Assembly: GCA_043825985.1 (NCBI GenBank)
Contig: JBDRRB010000004.1
Span: 1-42,412 of the forward strand
DNA from: a bacterium
GTDB taxonomy: Bacteria; Patescibacteriota; Patescibacteriia; SG8-24
DNA: 42,412 bases
Reading direction: 5' to 3'
Below are positions 9,757 through 18,214 of the stretch, one piece after another. The first letter of the stretch is position 1. Every line of letters begins with the position of its first letter. The notes under the pieces were generated by a model that did not search any database, was not told where the DNA came from, and worked only from the letters and a program-made list of their open reading frames with translations. Made by a program: the position numbers and the translations under genes.

Positions 9757-10536
9757 ATGGGAAATCAGATCAATGTGGCGGCATTCGCCACCCTCGTGTT
9801 CTTGGCCGTTGTTTTTGTCGCCGGCTGCGGCGACGAAATCAACTATTATTATGTCACCGCGCCCGAGGCGGGCGAGGGAGATGATGGGGAGTCTTCGGAC
9901 GGCCCCGCCGACGACGGCCCCGCCGACGACGGCCCCGCCGACGACGGCCCCGACGACGACGGCCCCGCCGACGAAGAGCCCGCCGACGAAGAGCCCGCCC
10001 CCGAGCCCGAGGACTGTTCGATCTACATGGTCGGCAACGTCTTCGGGCCCGACCAGCCGGTCTACCAAGAACTCGAGGTGGAGTTCGTCCGGAGCCGATT
10101 CGTGACTCCGACGGACATCATCGTCGAGTGGCGGCTGACCGCCCCGAGCGGCTGCTCGGACGTCATCGTCGATTACGTCGAGTTCGCAATCGATGATGAC
10201 TTCGGGGTGCGCTGGTCGATCGGCGTGCCGCAGGTCGTCTCGATTGGCTTCGACGGCAGTTGGTTCGAGGATGAGGCGTTTACGCTTATCCCCGAATCCG
10301 GGAACCAGCTGTTTTCGGCCTGGAGCCGGGACGGATCGGCCGGGTCGACCTCGATCGATCTGGTGGTCCCCGGCGGGACGTCCACCGTGGTGGCGTTCCG
10401 CTGGTCCTTCCGGGACCTGCCCCGGAGCCATTCCGCCGCCCTCAACGTCAGTGCCGTGTCGTACACCGACGCGGCGACCGGCGGTCGTGTCTGGCGGGAC
10501 TATCCCGCCGACATGGGGGTCACGATCATGAACTGA
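9757..10536 (+). CDS. lipoprotein with acidic DGPAD tandem repeats
   Basis: SD AAGGAGG before ATG 9757, VFVAGC lipobox, repeat linker, then a beta-rich domain. Confidence 0.75.
   Translation: MGNQINVAAFATLVFLAVVFVAGCGDEINYYYVTAPEAGEGDDGESSDGPADDGPADDGPADDGPDDDGPADEEPADEEPAPEPEDCSIYMVGNVFGPDQPVYQELEVEFVRSRFVTPTDIIVEWRLTAPSGCSDVIVDYVEFAIDDDFGVRWSIGVPQVVSIGFDGSWFEDEAFTLIPESGNQLFSAWSRDGSAGSTSIDLVVPGGTSTVVAFRWSFRDLPRSHSAALNVSAVSYTDAATGGRVWRDYPADMGVTIMN
9898..10002 (+). repeat. 15-bp coding tandem repeat, 7 units
   Basis: GACGGCCCCGCCGAC x5 (one variant) followed by GAAGAGCCCGCCGAC and GAAGAGCCCGCCCCC. Confidence 0.95.
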
Positions 10537-10758
10537 GCGTGACCCCCGGGGGGAGCTCAAAAACTTTCGAAACGCCGGCGGCTTATCCGTCGGCGTTTTG
10601 AATTCTGTCTCGACGTTCGTCTCTTCGGTCGGCCTGATGTCTGGATCGTATGCGGTCGATCCGGGCCCAGTTCAAGACCGCCGTTAAATTCTAAAGCGTC
10701 CGCAGATGATATATAGTTAACGCATTCGTCTACCGATATTCACCCTAACTCGACCGAC

Positions 10759-11100
10759 ATGAAGATCATACTTAGCTGGATCGTCGCCGCACTGTCCGTG
10801 CTGGCCGCAGCGTATGTCCTGCCCGGTGTCTCGGTGTCCGGCTTCGGCCTGGCGCTGGTGGTGGCCCTGGTGCTCGGGGTGGTCAACGCCTTCGTCCGTC
10901 CGTTGCTCCTGCTCCTGACCCTGCCGCTCAACCTGCTTACCTTCGGACTGCTCACTTTTGTTATCAACGCCCTGCTGGTGCTGCTGGTCTCGGCATTGGT
11001 GCCGGGCTTCGAGGTGGGCGGATTCTGGATGGCGCTGCTGTTCAGCCTGGTGCTGTCGGTCGTGTCGACCCTGCTGCACGGACTAATCGACCGGAGATGA
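10759..11100 (+). CDS. phage holin family (YvlD/DUF360-like) 4-TM membrane protein
   Basis: VNAFVRPLLLLLTLPLNLLTFGLLTFVINA signature. Confidence 0.88.
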   Translation: MKIILSWIVAALSVLAAAYVLPGVSVSGFGLALVVALVLGVVNAFVRPLLLLLTLPLNLLTFGLLTFVINALLVLLVSALVPGFEVGGFWMALLFSLVLSVVSTLLHGLIDRR

Positions 11101-11543
11101 ACGCCGCTCCGTCAGGATTGGTCGTCCGGAAGGCCGGAGCGGTGGTGCTTTCGGCTGACGATCCGGGACTGGTCGCGCTGCTCCATCGCGCCAAGGAGGG
11201 GGACTGGTCGTTCCCCAAGGGGCACGTCGAGGCGGGCGAGGACGCCGCCGCGGCCGTCATCCGTGAGGTCGCCGAGGAGACCGGGCTGTCCGTGCGGTTC
11301 GTCGATCGGCCCCTGCCGCCCATGGAGTATCTCGACTCGCTCGGCCGTCGCGTGATCCTCGAGATGTTCCTGACCCGGTCCGAGGACGACTCGGCCCTCG
11401 AGGTCGAGCATGACGGCGACGAGGTGGCCTGGTTTGGCCTGGCGGAGGTGGCGGGACGGCTCAGCCACGAGAACGTCAGGCAGTACTACTCCGGCGTTCG
11501 GGCTCAGATCAAGGCTGTGACCGACCGGCTGCGAATCTCATAG
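11097..11543 (+). CDS. NUDIX hydrolase
   Basis: Nudix box PKGHVEAGEDAAAAVIREVAEETG. ATGA overlap with the upstream gene. Confidence 0.9.
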   Translation: MNAAPSGLVVRKAGAVVLSADDPGLVALLHRAKEGDWSFPKGHVEAGEDAAAAVIREVAEETGLSVRFVDRPLPPMEYLDSLGRRVILEMFLTRSEDDSALEVEHDGDEVAWFGLAEVAGRLSHENVRQYYSGVRAQIKAVTDRLRIS

Positions 11544-11600
11544 TCAAATCGGCTGCTGGTGGTTTGCCGGGGAGTGCCTTCCCCGTTTTTTTGTTGAATA

Positions 11601-11629
11601 AAAACGGGGTCGTCCTTATGGGACGACCC
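11601..11629 (-). terminator. intrinsic terminator of the small minus-strand ORF
   Basis: GGGTCGTCC/GGACGACCC stem with a T-run on the minus strand. Confidence 0.65.
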
Positions 11630-11683
11630 GCTGAGAGATCTACGGGGATGCTTGCAGCGTCGCCGGACGGAGACTCGAGTCGA

Positions 11684-11791
11684 TTACGAGTTGCCTGTCC
11701 TGCTCCACTGGGCATCCCGGCCCGCGCTCTCGACCATCTTGGCGTCCTGCCTCTGATGATCGCGACCTTCGACATGTTTCATAACTTCCAT
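11684..11791 (-). CDS. 35-aa small orphan ORF (not in ORF track)
   Basis: SD AAGGAG, MEVMKHVEGRDHQRQDAKMVESAGRDAQWSRTGNS, and its own terminator. Confidence 0.45.
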   Translation of the reverse strand: MEVMKHVEGRDHQRQDAKMVESAGRDAQWSRTGNS

Positions 11792-12012
11792 GGGTTTTTC
11801 TCCTTCCCGTTGAGGGGCCCATATGTCACATGTCCTCGGCAAGAGGAGCAGCCGTAACATTTGTTGGCAACCCGCAGATCGGTGGCGGTTGTGGATAGAG
11901 GCACATTGTTGTCGGGTTTCGGCGGTCAGTCGATGGTCGCTGTTTTCCGACTGACATGAGGAATATCCGTCCGGCGATGGCTTATGCGGCCGGAGCCTGT
12001 CATAATTTCGGC

Positions 12013-12699
12013 ATGTGCTTTTCTGCCACAGCTAGCCTGACGGCCGCGTTCGGCCTGGGCGCCATGGGTGCGGTGACCCTGCGGGAGGCCCGGACCTGGG
12101 ACCGGATTCCGCTGGCGGCCATGCCGCTGCTTTTCGGTCTGCAGCAGGCGGTGGAGGGGGTGGTCTGGCTGTCGTTCGGTCTGCCCTGGCTGCATTCCGC
12201 GGCGGCGTTCGTCTACGTCATGTTTTCGCACGTCCTGTGGCCGTTCTACGTTCCTTTGGCGGTCGGTGCCCTCGAGTCGCCGGGGCGGAGGAAGACTGCA
12301 CTTCGGATATTCTTGCTGATGGGCATCGCGCTCAGCCTGTGGCTTCTGACCTACGTGCTGCGCGGGCCGGTCACAGCGTCCTGCGACACCGGCAGCGTCG
12401 TCTATCAGATGACCTTGCCGCCCATTCCCTACGGTCTGGCCGTCTATGTGCTGGTGACCTGCTGTTCCTGCCTGATCTCGAGCCACAAGTTCATTCGCGT
12501 GCTCGGCTTGGCCCTCGTCGGTGCGCTGGCGATCTCGCTTTGGGCTTACCTGGCGGCTTTCTATTCGGTCTGGTGCTTTTTCTCGGCGCTCCTGAGCGCC
12601 ATCATCTACGTTCACCTGCGGCACGGGGAGCGGCTCTCGGCGCTGGTCGGAAAGTACGGCCAGGCCGCGCGCGCCCGGCTCGGCCGCGGCCGGAAATAA
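12013..12699 (+). CDS. multi-TM membrane protein (MCFSATAS-type, DUF6629-like)
   Basis: MCFSATAS start, PLLFGLQQAVEG and SVWCFFSA. Confidence 0.8.
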   Translation: MCFSATASLTAAFGLGAMGAVTLREARTWDRIPLAAMPLLFGLQQAVEGVVWLSFGLPWLHSAAAFVYVMFSHVLWPFYVPLAVGALESPGRRKTALRIFLLMGIALSLWLLTYVLRGPVTASCDTGSVVYQMTLPPIPYGLAVYVLVTCCSCLISSHKFIRVLGLALVGALAISLWAYLAAFYSVWCFFSALLSAIIYVHLRHGERLSALVGKYGQAARARLGRGRK

Positions 12700-12718
12700 T
12701 CGAACGGTCATAATATAT

Positions 12719-12916
12719 ATGAAGGACGGAACGAAACGGGCGGACATTTTTTCCGGACTGGCAGTAGCCATCACCTTGAAGAAGGACCAGGGCACGAACG
12801 TCCTGACGCAGGGGTTCGTTCAGGACATCCTGACCAGCTCTGCCGTACATCCGCGGGGCATCAAGGTCCGCCTGACTACCGGCGAGGTCGGTCGGGTGCA
12901 GGTGATCGTGGATTAG
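12719..12916 (+). CDS. YwbE family protein
   Basis: LKKDQ..GxVQDILTSS..HPRGIKVRL..GEVGRV. Confidence 0.9.
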   Translation: MKDGTKRADIFSGLAVAITLKKDQGTNVLTQGFVQDILTSSAVHPRGIKVRLTTGEVGRVQVIVD

Positions 12917-12994
12917 TTTTGCTTGGCCGGTCCGGTATCGGTTTGGTATCGTGGCCTCAGCTAATTCAGGGAAAGAAATCTTAAGTGCGTGCCT

Positions 12995-13666
12995 ATGAGC
13001 ATCGAGGGAAGTCGAGACATGGGACAAGAGGGAGAACCGCAGCCGTCCTTTTTGACGCCGGAACAGGTTGCCAGATTCGAGCAGCTTTCCGCCGAGGTCT
13101 ATGAACGACGGGAGGGGCTGATGGTCGATGTCAACTTCGGCGAGCTCAGCCCCGAACAGCAGAAACAGATTGTCGCCTTGGAGGAGGAATACAACGACAG
13201 TCAGCTGTCCATCCGCGAGAGCTCGGCTAAGAAGAAGCTGGAGTGGCTGGGCCGGGCCGTAAAGCGGGTGGCGGAGTTTCTCGATCTGGACACCAAGGAA
13301 AAGATAATGGCCGCGGCCCTCGAGGTGGTTCCTTATGTCGGATTGGCCTATGCCGTCTGCGGCAAACGGGTAGAGTTCTTCAAGGATGAGGTCACCGGTA
13401 AGCGCAGCGTTAGCTTTGAGGACATCGATCTGATTGACCGGATACTCTATCTGGCCGGAGAGGTTCTGGTCAGTGGTCATGCCTTGCGCGGTGCCTTCCA
13501 CAGCGTCAAGCGGGAGGGACTCAAGAAGATACTGGGGCTGGCGGTGAAAGAAGTTGGTAAGAATGCCACGACCTTGTTGGTCAAACGAGCCAAAGAAGGT
13601 GCTGCCCGTGATTTTGGTTTGCTGCCCGGCAAGGGCGAGACGGGCGGCCAGGAGGAGGAAAAGTAA
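12995..13666 (+). CDS. hypothetical protein with a pre-toxin-TG-like segment
   Basis: EVVPYVG...G...DEVTGK...DRILYL after a helical acidic N-terminus. Confidence 0.6.
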   Translation: MSIEGSRDMGQEGEPQPSFLTPEQVARFEQLSAEVYERREGLMVDVNFGELSPEQQKQIVALEEEYNDSQLSIRESSAKKKLEWLGRAVKRVAEFLDLDTKEKIMAAALEVVPYVGLAYAVCGKRVEFFKDEVTGKRSVSFEDIDLIDRILYLAGEVLVSGHALRGAFHSVKREGLKKILGLAVKEVGKNATTLLVKRAKEGAARDFGLLPGKGETGGQEEEK

Positions 13667-13683
13667 TCTGAGCCATCATCAAT

Positions 13684-13893
13684 ATGATTGACGTCGAAAA
13701 GCTGGTGGCGCTGGTGAACGCCACCGCCACGTCCGAGGGCGAACGTAAGGCCTGGATTAAGCTGATTACGCTTCTGCCGGTCGAACAGATCGAGGAGCTG
13801 ATGGGCCTGCTGCAGTCCGAGCAGGACCAGCTGACCGCGCTGCGTCAGGAATACCTGGCCAAGGCCCAGAAGATAGTCGCCGACGAGGCCTGA
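13684..13893 (+). CDS. small helical hypothetical protein
   Basis: 69-aa ORF with host-like codon use, directly downstream of 12995..13666. Confidence 0.7.
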   Translation: MIDVEKLVALVNATATSEGERKAWIKLITLLPVEQIEELMGLLQSEQDQLTALRQEYLAKAQKIVADEA

Positions 13894-14042
13894 AGTCAGT
13901 TGGCTGTCTTAAGTTTTTGCTGGGTCTGTAGAGATGCCGTCTCGGTTTTGGCCGAGGCGGCTTTCGGTTCGGTCCGGCCGGCCGGGCATCACGGGGCCGG
14001 CCCATTGCCAAACCTCCCGAAATCTGGTACCTTCTTCGCCAT

Positions 14043-15518
14043 ATGCAGAACGACAGCGTCGTCCTTCGCTTCGACGAGGTGACCTACAAGCATGGTGAGA
14101 GCAAGACCATCCTGGACGAGGTCGGATTTTCCGTCCGCAACGGGTCGAAGATCGCGCTCATGGGCCAGAACGGCGCCGGCAAGACGACCCTTTTCCGGCT
14201 GATCCTCGGCGAGTTCAGGCCAAACGGGGGGAAGATATTCCTGACGCCCGAGGACGCCACGGTCGGCATCGCCAAGCAGGTGATACCGCCGGACTGCCTC
14301 GACATGACCGTCCGCGATTGGTTTGCCGGGACGTTCTCCGAGGTGCCGTACAACCTGGACCGGCAGATCGCCGACGCGTTTTCGGCGGTCAACTTCAGCA
14401 CCGACCTCGAGAAGAGGCTGAAGGAGCATTCCGGCGGACAGCAGGCGCGGCTGCTCCTGGCCTACGCGCTCGTCCAGAGTCCGGACATCCTGCTGCTCGA
14501 CGAGCCGACGAACAACCTGGACCAGGACGGCATCGACCATCTGACCGGCTTCCTGATGATGTACGAGAAGACCGTCATCGTCATCTCCCACGACGCCGAA
14601 TTCCTGAACGCGTTCACCGACGGCGTGCTCTACCTCGACGTGTTCAACCACAAGATCGAGCAGTACCGCGGCAACTACCTGAACGTGGTCGAGGAGATCG
14701 AGGGCCGGATCGAGCGCGAGCGCATGCTCAACGCCCGAGCCGAGGCCGAGATCAAGCGGAAGATGGACCAGTCCGGAAAGTTCGCGCACAAGGGCGGCAA
14801 GCTGCGCAGCGTGGCTAAGACCATGCGGGAGCGCGCCGAGGAGATGCGCGAGTCCATGGTCGAGGTCCGGCGCGAGGACAAGACCATCCGCGAGTTCGAG
14901 ATCCCGGCGCAGGAGTTCAGCTTCGAGTTCAGCGGCAAGGTCCTGGAGATGACCAGGCTCGGTGCGGTCCGGGACGGGCAGTACGTGTCCAAGGACGTCG
15001 ACATCGTCCTGCGCCGCGGCACGCACTGCCTGCTGGCCGGACCGAACGGCATCGGCAAGAGCACGCTCCTGAGGCGGATCTTCAGCCGGACCGCGGAGGG
15101 GGTGGCGGTCGGCGACGAGGTGCGCATGGGCTACTACTCGCAGGACTTCTCGACGCTCGACTACGGACGCACGGCCTACGACACGCTGCTCGAGGTGATG
15201 AGGGAGCAGGACGAGCAGGTGCTGCGCTCGACCGCGGCCGGGTTCCTGCTCGACGGCAAGGCCCTGGCGAGCGAGGTGGGCAGCCTGTCCGAGGGACAAA
15301 AGGGCCTGCTGTCAATCGCCCGGCTGGTACTGCTCGAGCCGGGACTGCTGATCCTCGACGAGCCGACCAACCACATCAATTTCCGTCACCTGCCGGTGCT
15401 GGCCAAGGCGTTCAATTCGTATCAGGGGGCGATGATCATGGTCAGCCACATCCCGGATTTCGTCAGCCAGGTCCGCATCGACGAGACCATCGACTTGGGG
15501 AAGGCGTTTTCCGGCTGA
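14043..15518 (+). CDS. ABC-F family ATP-binding protein
   Basis: Two NBDs (GQNGAGKT, SGGQ, LLLDEPTNNLD; GPNGIGKS, LSEGQ, ILDEPTNH), no TM segments. Confidence 0.93.
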   Translation: MQNDSVVLRFDEVTYKHGESKTILDEVGFSVRNGSKIALMGQNGAGKTTLFRLILGEFRPNGGKIFLTPEDATVGIAKQVIPPDCLDMTVRDWFAGTFSEVPYNLDRQIADAFSAVNFSTDLEKRLKEHSGGQQARLLLAYALVQSPDILLLDEPTNNLDQDGIDHLTGFLMMYEKTVIVISHDAEFLNAFTDGVLYLDVFNHKIEQYRGNYLNVVEEIEGRIERERMLNARAEAEIKRKMDQSGKFAHKGGKLRSVAKTMRERAEEMRESMVEVRREDKTIREFEIPAQEFSFEFSGKVLEMTRLGAVRDGQYVSKDVDIVLRRGTHCLLAGPNGIGKSTLLRRIFSRTAEGVAVGDEVRMGYYSQDFSTLDYGRTAYDTLLEVMREQDEQVLRSTAAGFLLDGKALASEVGSLSEGQKGLLSIARLVLLEPGLLILDEPTNHINFRHLPVLAKAFNSYQGAMIMVSHIPDFVSQVRIDETIDLGKAFSG

Positions 15519-15735
15519 CCCTCCGCTGATGAGGCCCAGTTCGAGTCCCGTTCGATACGGGGCTTTTTGGTTTCGTGTGGGCCGCACGGTCCGGGCACGC
15601 CGGACCGCAGGGCCGTTTTGCTGCGGGTCGGGGCGGGCTGCGGCCGTCGGATCGGCCGCGATTCCTGGTTGCAGCCGTTTTTGCTAGTATCGTACTAGCG
15701 AAGTCGAGCCCTTCCTAACGATTTAGACCATCCTC

Positions 15736-16452
15736 ATGACCACCCTGTTCACCAGCCTGACCGAGAGCGACAAGAGAGGCGCCGTCGAGCGGCTGATCGC
15801 CGACAGCACGCCGCGCGACGACTTCTTCCTGATGATCGTCCTGTCCGTCGTCATGGCCACCTTCGGGTTGCTCATGGGGAGCGGCAGCATCATCATCGGC
15901 AGCATGCTGATTGCACCGCTGCTGTCGCCCATACTCGGGTTCTCCATGGGTATCGTCATGGCTGACCGGGCGCTGATCGTTCGGTCCGCACTGACGGTCC
16001 TCAAGTCGATGGCCTTCGCCCTGCCCGCCTCGATCGTCGTGGCGCTGTTCTTCTCGCGCCTGGCCGGACTGGGACCGGAACTCAACCTGGAGATAGTGGC
16101 CCGGCTCGAGCCGGATGTCATCTCCGCCTTCGTCGCCCTGGTTGCCGGTCTGGCCGCGTCGTACGCCATCGTCCGGCCGCAGCTGTCGGCCAGCCTGCCC
16201 GGCGTCGTGGTGTCGGTCGCCCTGATCCCGCCGCTGGCGGTGACCGGCATCGGGATCGCCCGGTTCGACTGGGCGATCATCGCCGACTCGTTCGTGCTGT
16301 TCCTGATCAACGTGGCACTGATCGTCTTCGCCAGCTCGGTCGTGTTCTCGCTGACCAGGCTCTACACCAAGCAGCCCCTTGCCGAGCAGGCCCTGAAGAA
16401 GGAGGACGAGAAGATGCGCCGCGAGGTCGAGAGGTCGAACGGACACCGCTAA
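15736..16452 (+). CDS. DUF389/TIGR00341 membrane protein
   Basis: IIGSMLIAPLLSP and LPGVVVSVALIPPL. Confidence 0.88.
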   Translation: MTTLFTSLTESDKRGAVERLIADSTPRDDFFLMIVLSVVMATFGLLMGSGSIIIGSMLIAPLLSPILGFSMGIVMADRALIVRSALTVLKSMAFALPASIVVALFFSRLAGLGPELNLEIVARLEPDVISAFVALVAGLAASYAIVRPQLSASLPGVVVSVALIPPLAVTGIGIARFDWAIIADSFVLFLINVALIVFASSVVFSLTRLYTKQPLAEQALKKEDEKMRREVERSNGHR

Positions 16453-16511
16453 AATTTCGTTCCGCGTCAATTAAGGCCAAAGAGGCCGGCTCAGACGGGC
16501 CGGCTTTGATT

Positions 16512-16558
16512 TTATCCACTGTTTGTTCTTTGACCCGGGTCAGGGGTCATGTTAATTT
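16512..16558 (+). promoter_or_regulatory. sigma70 promoter with upstream DnaA-box-like site
   Basis: TTATCCACT (16512-16520), then TTGACC (16530-16535)-17 nt-TAATTT (16553-16558) with extended TG. Confidence 0.55.
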
Positions 16559-16596
16559 CGCCTCGGTTCACGAGAAAGGAACCAGGGAGGTGTAAG

Positions 16597-18027
16597 TTGA
16601 CAACTAAAAGAAGAGGCAGATCACCGATTCGGGTCAAGTTGATTGACCATCCAACTAGGCGACCGGCGTCAATGGCCTGGCATAGGGCTAGGTCTTGCTA
16701 TCTCGACGAAGAAATAGGAATTCCAAGACAGATCGATGAGAGAAAACTTCAGCTCGTTCGGGGCGTTTTCGGTTCCGGTCACTTGACGCCGTTTGAGGGA
16801 GGGATGTTTGAGTTCAGGTTATGGAATATACCCGTTGGTGACGTGACCAACGGACTCCATCTGACTCATCCCTTCCACAACTCCACTCAGACCAGCGGTC
16901 GGTTCTGTCGGGGCATGTACAGCAATCCGGACCTTTCGGCGATTGCAGCTCACATCAGACATTTTTGGCCCGATGTATTGAGTGCATATCTGGATCGGGT
17001 GATGCGTTACGTAGATCAATGCAATCAGAAGTACTTGGGACTGCTGCCTAAGGCTGAGGAAGAAGCAAGACATTTGCTGTCTGTGGCTCGGCCTAATTTG
17101 AGAGGTGAGCGACTCGAGAAGATATCCAAAAAGGTGGCCCAGGAACAGTTGCGGATGTTGATTCCGGTCATCTTCCCGACCAGGCTCAACCACAGCCTCA
17201 GCCTGATCGCCCTGATTGCCATGTATCGAGTGGCCTGGACTCCGGCCCTGCGCGACATCACCGCTCAGATGAAGGATCAGGTGGTCAGTAAATGGCCCGA
17301 GCTTGAGGAGCTTTTTGGTCGGCCAGCCGGTCCGGAGGATGAGTGGTCATGTTCGCTTCCGGATGGTCTCCGTGAAGCGTCGGTCTACGATGAGCCGGAG
17401 GTAGTCGGTCCAGTTGCCGTCGATGGACTGGAACGTTTCGTACTGCCAGGCTCGGGCGACTTCGGACCGTTGGATCTGCTCCATTTTCGGCCGCAGTTGA
17501 TGGACGACAGGGTCGGCGGAATTAGGGTGCCGACCGTTCGCATGTCGTTGGCCACGTTAGGCCAGTTCCAGCGGCATCGGACCGTGCACCGCGGCACCCC
17601 TTCGTTTGTCGGAGGAATCTATGTGCCGCCGGCGGTCGAAGGATGCGGCGGTGCTGGAACCGCCAAGGAGGTCATGCAGACCTGGCTGGACCTCTCGAGT
17701 GAATTGCCGCCTACCCTGACCATGGCCATCGCCCCCTATGGGGCCGTCGTCGAACAGTCATATCAATCGTCGTTCTTGGCTCTGATCCACGAGTTTCAAG
17801 GGCGACTCTGCTGGGCCGCTCAGGAAGAGATTTCCAATCTGTCACGGAAGGTGCGGGAGGGGATAGTTGCCTCCACCGGTGTCTCAGCGGATCATGATTT
17901 GCTGCAGACATTGGCACCTCCATGCCACAAGGCCGGAAAATGCAGGGAAGGCAAGTCCCGCTACTGCGGACGCGACCGTTCGCCAGCGGCCCGGGCCGGC
18001 GACTACTTCCCGCGGCGGCTGGTCTGA
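16597..18027 (+). CDS. thyX: FAD-dependent thymidylate synthase-like protein, tandem ThyX domains
   Basis: GHLTPFE and HPFHNSTQTSGRF in the N-half; QFQRHRT, RLCWAAQEEI and PPCxxxGKCxEG..C in the C-half. SD GGGAGG before TTG 16597. Confidence 0.7.
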   Translation: MTTKRRGRSPIRVKLIDHPTRRPASMAWHRARSCYLDEEIGIPRQIDERKLQLVRGVFGSGHLTPFEGGMFEFRLWNIPVGDVTNGLHLTHPFHNSTQTSGRFCRGMYSNPDLSAIAAHIRHFWPDVLSAYLDRVMRYVDQCNQKYLGLLPKAEEEARHLLSVARPNLRGERLEKISKKVAQEQLRMLIPVIFPTRLNHSLSLIALIAMYRVAWTPALRDITAQMKDQVVSKWPELEELFGRPAGPEDEWSCSLPDGLREASVYDEPEVVGPVAVDGLERFVLPGSGDFGPLDLLHFRPQLMDDRVGGIRVPTVRMSLATLGQFQRHRTVHRGTPSFVGGIYVPPAVEGCGGAGTAKEVMQTWLDLSSELPPTLTMAIAPYGAVVEQSYQSSFLALIHEFQGRLCWAAQEEISNLSRKVREGIVASTGVSADHDLLQTLAPPCHKAGKCREGKSRYCGRDRSPAARAGDYFPRRLV

Positions 18028-18156
18028 TCGGACCGCATTGGCGCTCTCTCGTCTTCTCATTCGTTCATTCGCTCGGTCGTTCCCAGCTCGGGGGCGGCTT
18101 TTTTGTTCACCTGAACAGCATGCTGACTCGTCGGTCTCGGTTCCGTTTTTTCGCTG

Positions 18157-18165
18157 TGGTATAAT
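18157..18165 (+). promoter_or_regulatory. extended -10 promoter of the giant gene
   Basis: TG-G-TATAAT about 50 nt upstream of ATG 18215. Confidence 0.55.
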
Positions 18166-18214
18166 CGACCCAGAATTTTATTTCCACCGCGAGGTGGTAC
18201 GTAAAAGTTTTTCT

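Noticed and set aside
9898-10002. CRISPR array
   Set aside because: Contiguous in-frame 15-bp units with no spacers and no cas genes.
10759-11100. Prophage inferred from the holin-family gene
   Set aside because: YvlD-type proteins are common chromosomal membrane proteins, and no phage genes are in the window.
17867-18214. N-terminal extension of the giant ORF
   Set aside because: It overlaps thyX, its terminator and a TATAAT promoter; the signal peptide starts at ATG 18215.
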